The notes: generated by a model not told the origin, from the sequence alone. 64,000 nucleotides of DNA from Enoplolaimus lenunculus (GCA_030248215.1 JASANG010003130.1:372001-436000); one strand, 5' to 3'; positions 22,601 to 33,307 are shown, counted from the stretch's first letter. Numbers and translations are program-made.

Positions 22601-25600
22601 ATCTGTGAATTATGCATGATGTACTAATAATGAAATCGGCATCGATTCGGCATAAGCAGAATTTCAAAATAAGAATAGGTATCGACTATAATTTTGGTAT
22701 CGGCACATTTCTACTAAAATTTTGGTTTTTGAGAGTGAGCAATGAGCATAAAAGCAAAACTTTTATTTTTTAATCTATGTACATAGTAAAATGGGCGTCG
22801 TTTCGGTGATTTCCTGCGACCGGCAGTTACCCCAAATTGGCACGATTTTGAATAGTTTTGTATATTTGTGCTTCTAGTAAACCTTTTGACCCAAATTTGA
22901 GCTAAAACTTTCATTTGGATTAAATTAAAATTTATCGTTTGACGCAGCCTACAATGATGAGTTGAATGCTGCAAAATTTTCAGCCGTCAGACAATCAGTT
23001 CGCGACGTATGGTTGAATAACTGATTGGTCGCTCCAGCAACGATTGAGGTTTATAAAAACTCAAACTTGAGTATTAAGCACTGATGAAGGAAGGTCATGA
23101 GAAGCTCAAATATGCAAAAATTTGAGAAATTGACAACCTATGGGAATTCGCCGGCTGGTTGTGGAAATAACTGAAGACTCGCGAATTGTGAAGTGGGTCG
23201 ACTGTTAACTGAGAATATTTATATAAATGACTGGTGTTTGATGTCCGTATATTTGTATATTTCAATGTTGTGGGTTTTACCTCTCGTGGACACTCAAATT
23301 GATTGAAGAAAAACTAATGGTTATTAAATTTTTTATGGCGCAAGTGTTTACAGATTGTTTCGCTCGCTACTGATCCCTTAGTTTGACCCTAGCATTCTTT
23401 TGGTTCGACTTAGGGCAGCGCTATACTTGTCGACCGGCGTTGTCCGATATTATCCGTCGCCGTCCAATTCCATCCGTCTCCGTCCATCACCATACGGTAT
23501 CGTACGTGAGTAATTTGCGTACAATACCGCACCGTAACGCACGGTGACTGACATCGCCGGACGGTAACGGATGGCACGGGACGTCTTCAGAAGTATAGCG
23601 CCACCGTTATTCTTAACAAAACGGTATTATCACCATGACAAAACTATATGTTTTGATACGTTTCAGGAGGCACGGTAGAAAACACAAAAGAAGTCGCGGG
23701 GTGTCATATGTTGAACACCAAAGACTATGTCGATGTACTTTGGACGACAATTGCTGAAATTCCAGGTTAACAATTTTGTCAAATTTTAAAACCAATTTAG
23801 GCTCTTGTACACTTTCGCCACATTTGGCTAATGTAGAGTGACACACAGAGTATATAAGGTCGTAGGATGTCGCAATGGACAGTGTTTTTAATTTGTCTAC
23901 GCGAACGCCCACAGTGGCGTTATATCCTCTTTCTACTTTATCTATCTATCTTTATCTATCTGCGTTTTGGCTTATTGTCAGGTTTGGTTTAGATTTAGGA
24001 AAAGGCTTACTGTATACCTAAGACTTTGCCTAAACCTGAGTATTAACGTTTACGTTGAGGGAAATGTGTAAGAGCACAAATTTACGTTGCAGGTATTTTT
24101 ATTAACATATAAACAGATTTTGTGTTAATATAAGGATTACACATTTTAGCAGGTTATAGCTCGCCAACTTTTACAAGTTTTGGGCTTACGAAGGGGGTTA
24201 GCTATACCCAGGGTGCAACCGGAATTAATTTACCGGAACCGGAATTTGGAAAAATTGCAGAAAGCGGAACCGGAAAATGAAAAATACATGTCGCCGAAAA
24301 ATTCATTTTAATTTTCTTTTTTGCAGTATTATTGGTGGTGAAATAACCCTAGTTGGACATAGGTATTCACATTATCTGCTGTATTTCAGACTTTTATAAT
24401 TCACGGAAGCGAAATCTACCTTCGATGGTTTATTTTCGGCGACGGTCAAGGCTTATATACTGTACGAATGAAATTATTCAATTTCTATCGTCATTTTGTA
24501 TTTTTGTAAAATATCTTAATTCCCAGTGACCAAATTTTAATACCGGAATTTTTAATTCTAGTAACAAATTTACGCGAACCCGAACCGGAAGGTGCAGAAA
24601 TACCAGAATCGGAATTCCGGTTGCACCCTGGCTATGCGTAAAGATATTTACGAGGCGTTTTCCTAAGCCTCAGCCGTAACTGTAATTGATGGGTAAGGGT
24701 ACCAAAAGCCTGCATTGAGTTCATTAATACACGACCTTCTTCTAGCATATGACGATAGTTGGGGACTTTTTGTTTGGGTTTTCAGGTTTGATTTTCACAG
24801 TATTTGTGATAGAAGTCATCGGGCGGCGGAATACTCTGGCTTTAGATTTTCTAGTGTTCACAATTTTCACGTGGGCACTGTTCGCATGCATCGGCAGGTA
24901 TATAATAATAATAATTTATAATTCTGGTGACCTATGTATAGAACAGGGACAGATCGTTTTCCGTCGGGGCCGTAATAGAGTCAGTTTAAGCTTTAGACTA
25001 ACTTTTTTTGCTTAGGCTTAGGCTTTGGCTTTGGCTTAGGAATAGGCTCATCCTTACGGTTAGGCGTAGGCTTAGGCTTAGGAATATGCTTATACTGCTG
25101 TTCCGGCCCTGTATTATACATTGGTCATTCTGGTTGTGACGTTGTTATAAGGTGGAGCAAAGATTTTTTGCTTCTGTTTTTACTGAACTAAAATTAATTT
25201 TTAGCTTGGATTTTTTTGTTTTATTTACGGGTGAAAAACTTAACAGATTTGCTTGCGTTGAAAAGTAATAGCCAGGAAGACGCTAAATATGTCCTGTTGT
25301 CAAAAGCAGCTTTGTGGTATTCAGGACCACAACCTTAAATATCTGGCAGGTTTATACCAGAGACCGGAACCGGATATTAAGACTATGTGTGTTTGCCGGA
25401 TATTAAACCGGAACCGGACATTTGGTCGCATCCTGGTGACGAGCTCTGTATATGTCCTTTGCAGTTTTGGAAATTATCAGATGTTAGCATAACCTAAACT
25501 TAGGATTATGTTTAAGGTTTGATTTATTTCTTGGGTTGACACTGGATACCGGAATCGAATACGGATGTCGATTTTTGCCGGATATTACACCGAACGCGGA

Positions 25601-27448
25601 TGTCCCGCGCATCCTTGGATGCTGGTGCAGAATTTCAGTAACGATCAATTTGCCGTGTATTAATTTCAGGACCACGTTGACCGCATTTATTTTCGTCGCA
25701 CGGGCGTTCATATCAGCTGCGTTTCAAGCGGCGTATGTTTACACTCCAGAGGTTTGTTGCTTACGTTTCGTTTGCCGGTAAAAAATTTTGAACAGTCGCT
25801 AAAATTGGTTATTTCGACCGGTGTTTGGTTCGTTAAAAACTGCAAATGTTATATGATTTTTAAAAATTGTCACAACACCGTTGTTTGTAAACATTACCAA
25901 AATATAACTTGAGTATCATAACAAGAAATTCTTAAATTATTTTATATGAAAAAGATGTCCGTTTATGTTTGAATGGTTTACAGGTTTATCCGACAATAAC
26001 TCGCGCCGTCGGCCTTGGGTCAAGCAGCGGAATGGCTCGTGTGGGAGCAATTATAACTCCATTTGTGGCTCAGGTGAGTCTACAGTGCTCTTGCAGCTCG
26101 AGCTCAGCGTATAATGAGCATAATTGAAATCAGGGAATACGTTAAGTTGCCGCAATCGTCCGGATTCTTTTGTACGATTGAGTCTTGCGTTTCACTTGAA
26201 CAGGGTTTATATATCGCGTCTGTGATTTGTTTGTTTCTGTTTTCGAATATCGTAGACAGCTGGTGGATCCCTAGTCAACATTAATGAAATTATTGCCCAC
26301 CAGGAGCGAAAAAAGTCGTTCAAAACTTTGCTGGATAATTATTGGCAAACAATATAATCTCAACTCTATAATTAATGACCAAAATGACAATATTTCGTAG
26401 TGACTTTTATTCGAAATTATAGGAATACTAAGAAACATGATTATATACTATCAAAACCCTTGTTGGAACAAAATTAAGGAAATTTTAAATTTATATACAA
26501 TTAAATACTAAATTAGTATGATTAAGTGTTGGTTTTGTCGAAATATGCATTTAAATATGGTTTCCGGGAGCTACCAAAAGGATATATCCGGTAGCGTCCA
26601 CGTTATCTATGTATCAGTAATATATTTTGTGTACGATTTCTCTTAGGTGATGCTCAAATATTCAGCTAATATGACTATTGGTATATATGGTGCGGTGTCG
26701 TTGGTGGCTGCGATTGCGTCACTGTTATTGCCCATTGAAACAAAAGGACGTGCGCTGCAGGTAAAATTTTTCATTGTCTGTGTAATAATTGGTTTTTTGG
26801 GTGCATGTAAAGATCAGGGGCGAAACGTTTTTCAGCGGGACTGTAATAGAGTAACCATAAGATTTAGACCAATTTTTTTTGTTTACAATCAAGCATAGGT
26901 ATATATGAGCTCATTGTTACGCTCAGGCTTATGCTTAGGCTTAGGCTAGTTTCTCTGTGCACCGTTGTGTAATAATTGTTAAACTTTACGTCAGATTGAT
27001 TTAATTTAAAAGCAACCTCTACGTACCCGTAGCCAGCTCACCTTGCTGACGGGGCGACTAAAAAAATTTTCAGCTTGGGCATACGACGGGTTGCGATGAC
27101 TTATAAGCAAGGTTGAAAATTTTATAGGAAGCAAAAATTCTTTCAGTGGGGTTGAGCCCCCATGGCTCCCTTCTGACTACGGGCTCAAAGCTCCACTAGA
27201 AAACGGTTTCTGTTGTACCGGTTTCCTATTCTCAAGAATGATGCTGGTTATGTTATCTTCTGGTTTGCTGACAACTTGTAAACCAATCTTGACGACTCGA
27301 CATTTGTTGCGCATCGCTATGCTTAGACTTAGGATTATGTATGTTTTGGATTAGGCTTAGGCTACCGTCGAGCGACAAGCTGTGTGGACGAATAATTGTT
27401 GTAGATTCGTTTTATTTACAGGATCATCAAGTGTCTTCCGTTCATTAA
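7593..27448 (+). CDS. SVOP: Synaptic vesicle 2-related protein (MFS transporter), 17 coding exons, 538 aa
   Basis: Exons 7593-7600, 8360-8583, 9103-9188, 9655-9753, 10805-10876, 13095-13219, 14885-14948, 15487-15612, 18718-18849, 20825-20904, 22196-22272, 23667-23765, 24786-24897, 25670-25751, 25984-26073, 26647-26760, 27422-27448. All introns are GT-AG with compatible phases, and the exons sum to 1617 nt. Peptides [72 protein letters not shown] and [12 protein letters not shown] are recognisable SVOP motifs. Confidence 0.95.
7661..7892. mobile_element. MITE, family CCCGTATTCTCAAATG...CATTTGAGAATACGGG
   Basis: Imperfect TIR plus an internal CTATCACCAGTT/AACTGGTGATAG pair. Homologues at 34860-35080, 50307-50525, 56440-56836, about 10490-10690 and about 32670-32853. 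Confidence 0.65.
8360..8583 (+). CDS. SVOP: SVOP exon 2 ([10 protein letters not shown]...GAPAASS)
   Basis: tcag| acceptor, open frame, CAG|GTTCGT phase-1 donor that fits exon 3. Confidence 0.8.
9103..9188 (+). CDS. SVOP: SVOP exon 3 ([28 protein letters not shown])
   Basis: ttttag| ... TGG|GTAAG; conserved SVOP peptide. Confidence 0.95.
9655..9753 (+). CDS. SVOP: SVOP exon 4 ([33 protein letters not shown])
   Basis: tttcag| ... ACC|GTAAGT. Confidence 0.95.
9768..9930. mobile_element. Short GGCGTAGCCAG...CTGGCTACGCC MITE (many decayed copies)
   Basis: The terminal motif pair recurs at about 3678-3806, 12550-12745, 13246-13379, 27024-27186, 27868-28110, 49851-50010 and 55911-56032. Confidence 0.55.
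10805..10876 (+). CDS. SVOP: SVOP exon 5 ([24 protein letters not shown])
   Basis: tttag| ... AAG|GTACG; contains MFS motif A (GxxxDRYGRK). Confidence 0.95.
11061..11339. mobile_element. Fold-back MITE ACAAG(C/A)GTGT(A/G)CAACT...AGTTGCATACACTTGT
   Basis: Long imperfect TIRs; second copy at 17418-17694. Confidence 0.6.
11545..12260 (+). repeat. About 174-bp tandem repeat, about 4.5 copies
   Basis: AGGAATCTGAATAAA recurs at 11591, 11764, 11939 and 12197; TTAGGGTTAC and AATTTCAGCA recur in register. Confidence 0.85.
13095..13219 (+). CDS. SVOP: SVOP exon 6 (ELILCGL...[15 protein letters not shown])
   Basis: tttcag| ... TC|GTACG. Confidence 0.95.
13812..14331. mobile_element. hAT-type MITE (CAGGGTGCGACCGGA TIR)
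   Basis: Perfect TIR, perfect 8-bp TSD CATGGAAG, subterminal (A/T)CCGG repeats. Confidence 0.9.
14402..14798. mobile_element. hAT-type MITE (CAGGGATCGACCGGATAT TIR)
   Basis: Perfect TIR, perfect 8-bp TSD CCTTCCGC. Confidence 0.9.
14885..14948 (+). CDS. SVOP: SVOP exon 7 ([21 protein letters not shown])
   Basis: ttttag| ... CAA|GTATGT. Confidence 0.95.
15487..15612 (+). CDS. SVOP: SVOP exon 8 ([18 protein letters not shown]...SFSCA)
   Basis: tttcag| ... GCG|GTAAGC. Confidence 0.95.
16147..16224 (+). repeat. (CAA)n/(TAA)n microsatellite
   Basis: Read directly from the sequence. Confidence 0.8.
16709..17289 (-). mobile_element. Two tandem copies of the TTAGGC-bearing GGCC MITE plus a shared flank
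   Basis: GGCCAATGTTAC...GTAACATAGGCC at 16709-16886 and about 17002-17168, each followed by the same roughly 90-bp flank. Confidence 0.75.
17705..18097. mobile_element. hAT-type MITE (CAGGGTGCAACCGGAAT TIR)
   Basis: TSD CAGTATGC/AAGTATGC. Relatives at 24209-24630, 21002-21371, 28899-29064 and 31021-31439. Confidence 0.85.
18718..18849 (+). CDS. SVOP: SVOP exon 9 ([13 protein letters not shown]...ASQQT)
   Basis: ttacag| ... ACG|GTAAGT; PES motif. Confidence 0.95.
19099..19475 (+). repeat. 34-bp minisatellite, about 11 copies
   Basis: Unit GATTGGTTGGTTTGCTCACTATTTTAAGAGCAAT. Confidence 0.9.
20071..20444. mobile_element. hAT-type MITE with CCGAGA repeats, nested in a TTCCGA-repeat element (about 19814-20600)
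   Basis: CAGTGATGGG...CACATCTCTG ends; TSD ACTCTAAA/ACCCTAAG (6/8). Confidence 0.65.
20825..20904 (+). CDS. SVOP: SVOP exon 10 ([27 protein letters not shown])
   Basis: ttttag| ... TG|GTAAGA. Confidence 0.93.
22196..22272 (+). CDS. SVOP: SVOP exon 11 ([25 protein letters not shown])
   Basis: tttag| ... CACG|GTAAAA. Confidence 0.93.
22281..22713 (+). mobile_element. hAT-type MITE with ATCGGC repeats
   Basis: TAGGGATGTACCGAT...ATCGGCACATTTCTA; truncated copy at 18225-18493. Confidence 0.8.
23413..23606. mobile_element. PIF/Harbinger-like MITE (GGGxGGCGCTATACTT TIR)
   Basis: TTA TSD. Full copy at 46193-46366 (TAA TSD); partial ends at 4067, about 18682, about 19661 and about 34590. Confidence 0.8.
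23667..23765 (+). CDS. SVOP: SVOP exon 12 ([32 protein letters not shown])
   Basis: tttcag| ... CCAG|GTTAA. Confidence 0.93.
24209..24630. mobile_element. hAT-type MITE (CAGGGTGCAACCGGAAT TIR)
   Basis: Perfect TIR; TSD GCTATACC/GCTATGCG; body homologous to 17705-18097. Confidence 0.85.
24786..24897 (+). CDS. SVOP: SVOP exon 13 ([18 protein letters not shown]...FACIG)
   Basis: tttcag| ... AG|GTATAT. Confidence 0.93.
24929..25126 (+). mobile_element. TTAGGC-bearing MITE (G(G/A)CCxATGT TIR, 8-bp TSD; Merlin-like)
   Basis: GACCTATGTATAGAACAGGG...CCCTGTATTATACATTGGTC; perfect TSD ATTCTGGT; two internal (TTAGGC)n blocks. Confidence 0.85.
25670..25751 (+). CDS. SVOP: SVOP exon 14 ([27 protein letters not shown])
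   Basis: tttcag| ... GAG|GTTTGT. Confidence 0.95.
25984..26073 (+). CDS. SVOP: SVOP exon 15 ([30 protein letters not shown])
   Basis: ttacag| ... CAG|GTGAGT. Confidence 0.95.
26647..26760 (+). CDS. SVOP: SVOP exon 16 ([15 protein letters not shown]...[10 protein letters not shown])
   Basis: tcttag| ... CAG|GTAAAA. Confidence 0.95.
27422..27448 (+). CDS. SVOP: SVOP terminal exon 17 (DHQVSSVH*)
   Basis: ttttatttacag| is a phase-0 acceptor, with TAA at 27446-27448. The peptide is short and non-conserved, so this exon is less certain. Confidence 0.7.
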   Translation, partial: DHQVSSVH

Positions 27449-29132
27449 ATAATTTATTCAAATTGTGAAGTCGCTGTGATCGAACCATTGTTGCCGTGCG
27501 CCATCATATCATATCAAAATTCAACTTCTTTTTCTTGAGTCCTATTCACACGTGCAAGTTTTTGCTGAGAGAACTTGCAGCTGCAAATTGAACGCAGAAG
27601 TTGCATTTGTTCATCAGCCAATGAGAACGCGGCTGCAATAAATTTAGTGAACTTGTATAGTTATTCACACATGTGAACTAAATTCCTAGCTATGATTTTT
27701 GACGAATTATTTGCAACTACAGGTTTTTCGAATTGGATTTTAGACAAACCCTGCAAGTGTAAGTTGCTGCGTTGTTTAGGGCTTAAGATTCGGAAAATTA
27801 TGAAATCTCACAATAAGCGATAATCAAATTTGTGATGTCAAATAACTCGATACAGTATGAAATACCCAACCGCAGCCGGAGTGGCAGGGGGCTCAGTCCT
27901 CACAGAAAAAGTACGACCCTCTCCCTCGAAAAGTTTAGGTCTTTTTGCAAAATAGGTAGCCAGTTCAGCTGGTTAGGGGCTTAAAACTTTCTATCACAGA
28001 AGCATACAGAGGTTGTCAGGTGAGTTATCAGGGCAGAAATATTTCTAGAAAAAACGTACAGTTTCGCGGGGGGGCTGAACCCTCCGGCCCCATTCTGGCT
28101 ATAAGCCCTGATGTTCATTTATATACAGTGAGAGTTGTATTTGACAATAGGCCCCTGAGCAAATTGGAATGAATGTAAAGCATTCAAGACATTTTGTGTA
28201 GTATATATACTTGTATGAAAGTTATCAAATTTGATCAGGAAATTCTGGCAGTCTTGATATGCTACCCATTTGATGTTGCGGGTGAAAATTTTACAGCAGC
28301 TTTCCTGAGTACCTATGCTGTTTCTGGTGCAGTTTGGAAACATATTCGTTTTTCATGACCTTTTCGGGGCACTTTAACTTCTAGTATAGTAGTTTTTTTG
28401 TGATACTAATGAAGAAGTTATGTTGTTTGTGCTTCGCTAAAATTAATTTATTCACGTTTATGTCATAATGTATCGCAAATAAATTTATGATGTGTTCTTG
28501 ATGACACTTCGTTGATTTCGGAGCAGGGGTGTAGTGCAAAGAAGGATTTCAAACACTAGCCATCCAAACATCAGAGGATACGGTATAACAAATTATTCTA
28601 AAGCCTGTAAACGATTCCGGTAGATATTTTGTTTATGCTTGAAGGTATTTTTGATATATAATTTTCAGAAATACTGTAGGTCCATGGATGGAACCTCTCG
28701 TTACGAATGATTTACTATTCGTTTGGTCATAGTTTTGATGGATCCCGGTTTGTGGTGGGCCTGTAAAATAGTAAGCTTAGGTTCTACACTACACTAGGAA
28801 TACACTTTTCGACGCTTAAACTTAGGCTTAGTTTAGTTTCAGGCTAGGATTAGGAACAGTGGTCTCTTGTATGGGATGCGTTTACCATCACCTCTCAGAA
28901 GGGTACAACCGGAGGTGTGCTGCCGGCTCCGGCAGAAAATCGGCCTTTGGCTGCGGCAGAAAACCGGCCTCCGGCTTCGGCTCCCGTAGAATTTTTCCCA
29001 TCTCGGCTGCTGCAAGTTTCGTTGACCTCCGGTTCCGGTATTTTTCACCTCCCGTTGCACCCTGGCACAGTTATGGGAGCTTTACGTTTGCACAGGGGGC
29101 TATGACGTTTTGTAGAGATGTATACTGTACTG

Positions 29133-29651
29133 CAGGGTGTAACCGGAAATCCGTTTGCGTTTACAGTAAAAATCGGTGTTTGTTTCCGTTTCCGATATAA
29201 AAATAACGGAAATTCTGTTATGTTCAAAATTACTTGTAAATGTTTAAAACGAAATAAAAATTATGAAATTCATCCAAAATCTTAAAAATTACGACCAATG
29301 TTACTTCAAGGGGCGTAACAGTGAATTAAGCGTATTCCTAAGCCTAAGCCTAGCGTTACAAAAATGAATTCCTAAAGCCTAATCCTAAGCAAAAAAATTT
29401 AATCTAGAATCTAAACCTACTATTTTGTAGACCCACCAGATGGACGTCCCTTAAAGTAACATGGGCCAAAATTTCGATGCATCAGTCATTTTTTCTTTGG
29501 AATCTTTGAAAAACTGGTTAATATATGCACGACTCAATTGTCTTCGCAGAAAAATAAAACATTTTTGAAACTTTTATATCCGTCTTTCGTTTCCGTTGTG
29601 CTCATCACTATCCGTTTCCGTTATTTTTACTATCCGTTTACTTGCACCCTG
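29133..29651 (+). mobile_element. hAT-type MITE (TTTCCG subfamily) containing a nested TTAGGC MITE at 29293-29467
   Basis: Perfect TSD CTGTACTG. Uninterrupted relatives at 9949-10453, 31967-32369 and 32909-33267. Nested TSD AAAATTAC/AAAATTTC. Confidence 0.85.
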
Positions 29652-30136
29652 CTGTACTGTGTATACGCTGAACAATTGCTACACCGTACTTCGCATACAC
29701 AGTTACAATTTTTGCTCATAGTATACTCCAGTGTGTAACCGGATATTTGTTTCCGTTTCCGGTATAAATCGGTGTCCGTTTCCATTTACGATTCCGTTAT
29801 AAAAGTTGGTGACTTTCTGAGTGTAGGAACAAGCTTGATTTTTTGGTTAAATGACAGCAAAATTTAAACGGAAAACAAGTTTTGGTTGAAATATTGAAAT
29901 TACGTAGAAATTAGTGTATAATTTGCATCAATTAGTTAAGCATAAAGTTTATTACTTGGGTAAACGACTTTTAGATTTGAAATACACATCTCTCGTTGAA
30001 ATACATCTCTGTCCATCTACTCTGGCCCTGGGTGTGGACAAAGCGAGGGATAGCGAATTTATCACTCCCGAAATTTTTAGACAACTGAGAAAAAGACACT
30101 TTACAGGCTTAAAATAAAAGCCTTTACATGACGTTA

Positions 30137-30787
30137 TGCTGCGTTCATATTATAACTGGGGCGACCAGGATCACGTTTTATCCCATGTTGATTCGACGTC
30201 AACATAAAATTTTGCGAACTAAATAGCGGGTAATACGACAAAATGTGAATGTCACATGATATTGGTTTACAAATCACGGATCTCATGCGACCATCGTCTA
30301 CAAATAGCCATATGTCATATGATACAGCGGGACATTTATGCGAATATCATATGATATTCCGAAATTCTACTAAATATCATGTGATATTGTGCAGGACAAT
30401 GCAGTTTTTGCACACTAATAAAACAGTAAAAAGTTGGATAATGTAGCATTAAATCATTTAGAAAGTTGAATTAGCTCCTACGTTTCTGGCGAACATTTTC
30501 CCAAAATATATTCCTGAGGACAAATAATTCAAATTTCATATTTTAGTATCATATGACATTCTACAGGATATTCAGGCAAGTTTACCACAACTGGGCAAAT
30601 ATTCTTAAACATGTCATATGATATCGGCAGACAGAATTTGGAATATCATATGATATTGCACTACAAACAGTGAACGTCACATCAGGATAGCAGACAATCG
30701 AATCAACGTGCAGACAAAATGTTGCCCGTTATTGTAATAGGGGTAAAACGTGTTCCAGGCTGCTCCAGTTATAACGTAAACCCCGCA
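30137..30787. mobile_element. Harbinger-like MITE with internal TCATATGA repeats
   Basis: About 45-bp imperfect TIR (TATAACTGG...CCAGTTATA, ACGTTTTA...TAAAACGT); TTA on both sides. Confidence 0.65.
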
Positions 30788-31966
30788 TTATGCCACCCCC
30801 CCGAAATAAAATTCTAGCTACGTGGCTGACTCGGATATAATGCTAACAACATTCTCTGATGCTAATTAAAATGTGGTTACAATTATAAAAACAGCCTTAA
30901 TAAATTTTATTGTCCTGATACAAAACTAGCCATATTATCCATCTCTCGTCAACAATGTCATATGCACTTGATATTGCGCAAAATTACACATGTGAATACA
31001 CCCTAACAAATCGTTAGAAGCAGGGCGGAACCGGAATTTCGGTTTCGACGTAGAATCCGGTATTTTTCACTATCCGGTATCAGTATTAAATCTGCTATTT
31101 TGACACCATATTTTCAAGTATTCTTGGTGTAAATAGTTTTGCGATTCAAAAACTACAGTTTAAATTTCAAATGATTTTTATTATTTTCGAAAAAAAAGTT
31201 GGTAGGAACCCGAAGTGAGCGAAATTTAATAATTCAATGAAATACCCTTAAAATAAAGGTTAAACGCTTCAGTTTAAGACGTAGAAAGTGTCATTTTATA
31301 TTTGATGATGAAACGCTAGAAAAAGGTCGTATGGAAGAATTATTGTCCTAAGTGAAATTGTGCTAAAAAGTAATTATCGGTAAACGCAGCTATGTTTCAC
31401 TATCGGGTTCGAGAATTTTTTAATTCCGGTTACACCCTGGTTAATACAAAATAACGAAAATAAATAAATATGCAATCATTCAATATCAGACTCAACATAC
31501 ATAAAGCACATTTTTGCTTGCGCCCAATCTCACAGAAGACAGGCGTTTACGATGACCGCTGAGCTATATCAGCTTAACGCTCGACGCCGAGGGACCTCTC
31601 ACGTCTTGTGGAGATTCTATTCTGCGCATATATGTATGAATTGTTAAACACTACGTACTAGCCCGTGTTCTATTTGTAGTTACAATTTAGTGGCTCTATG
31701 AAAAAAGGGTTAATTTTCAAGGTAAAATTTTACGGCATCGTTCACTGTTCAGTTTTTATAGTTGGACCGGCAGTTTTGGTTGATGATTGTGTCGATTTTG
31801 AGTCACAATAAGTGTAACATTATTTCAAAATTAATTCCAAAGTACGAAACCTGTTACAATGTTTAAGCTGTTGTCTACACCTCTGTAAAATCTTTGATTC
31901 ACAGATGCATTAGATTCATGCACGAAAGGCTAACCTAGAAATACGAGTCTTCAATGTTATATTTAG

Positions 31967-32369
31967 GAGGGTGTAACCGGATATCCGTTACCGCTTCCGG
32001 AAAAAATCAGTGTCCGTTTCCGTTATAAAAATAACGGAAATTCTGTTATTTTTTCGTTCAAAATTAGTTATAAATGACGTATATGTTTCGTAATTTTTCG
32101 TTACAGATAAGCTGCAATTGTTTGAAATGCAATAAAAACTACGAAATTGATCGAAAATCTTAAAATTTGCGATGCATCCGCCATTTTTTGTTTAAAAATT
32201 TTGAAAGATCGGTGAAGATTTGCACGCCTCAATTGTGTTGGCAGAAATATAAAACATTTTTGGCTTCTATATACTTCAATATCTGTTTTTCGTTTCCATT
32301 TCCGTTCTTTTGACCACTATAAATTTTCGTTTCTCGTTTCCGTTATTTCTACAACCTGTTTATACCCTG
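31967..32369 (+). mobile_element. hAT-type MITE (TTTCCG subfamily)
   Basis: AGGGTGTAACCGGAT...TATACCCTG; TSD ATATTTAG/ATATTGAA. Confidence 0.75.
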
Positions 32370-32908
32370 ATATTGAAAGCTTTGAACAAAAAATTCATAC
32401 TCTATGATTGATACTTTCCAATGGATTGATCTTAAAATTTTATATCTCAACTATTCTACGCATACGTTATTTAACGATTGAGACACAAAAAATAAACACT
32501 ATATATACATTATACGTGTATACATACACAATGCAAAATTAAAGCAACTAGACCGGTGAACAACAGAAACAAAGCAAATTTTAACAAAAAATTCAAATAA
32601 ATTGAGATAATACTCGTTTATAACAGCGCTTTTATTAAAATTTCAGTTTTAGTGAATAATCTGTGCTAAAATATTCTCAAATGTCTGTAGCATCTACTGT
32701 TAGTGAGCCATTAGTTTACAAATAAGCTGCTGACAATGAACTTTCGTACGGGAACAGGCAGACTTGGTTAAAATTTTATTAACAATTTGAAGCTTTCAAT
32801 TGGCGGAGTTGCTGATCAACACTTGGTAGTATATGCTAACACGTATGAGAATATAAAATTGTGAGTTTAGCGTTTTGTGAAACCAAAAATTCATATTTGA
32901 GTTACTAC

Positions 32909-33267
32909 CAGAGTGTAACCGGATATTTGTTTCCGTTTCCGTTCAAAATCAGGGTCCGTTTCGGTTTTCGTTATAGAAATAACGGAAATTCTGGTTATTT
33001 TAACGCTCAAAATTAGTTAATATTAATCAGGTATATATCTCACAATTTTTGTTACAGATATGATGCAATAGTTCGAAATGAAATAAAAATAACAAAATTC
33101 ATCCAAAATCTTAAAAATTTCGACGCATCCGCCATTTTTTCTTTAAAAATTTAGAAAGCCCGGTGAATATTTGCACACCACAAATGTATTGGCATTAAAA
33201 TAAAAACATCTTTGATACATTATCCAGTTTTACGTTTCCGTTATTTTTACTATCGGTTTACATCCTG
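32909..33267 (+). mobile_element. hAT-type MITE (TTTCCG subfamily)
   Basis: Colinear homology to 31967-32369 and 29133-29651. Confidence 0.75.
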
Positions 33268-33307
33268 GCAGTTGAATAAAATTTGAAAGATAAACAATAT
33301 ATACATA

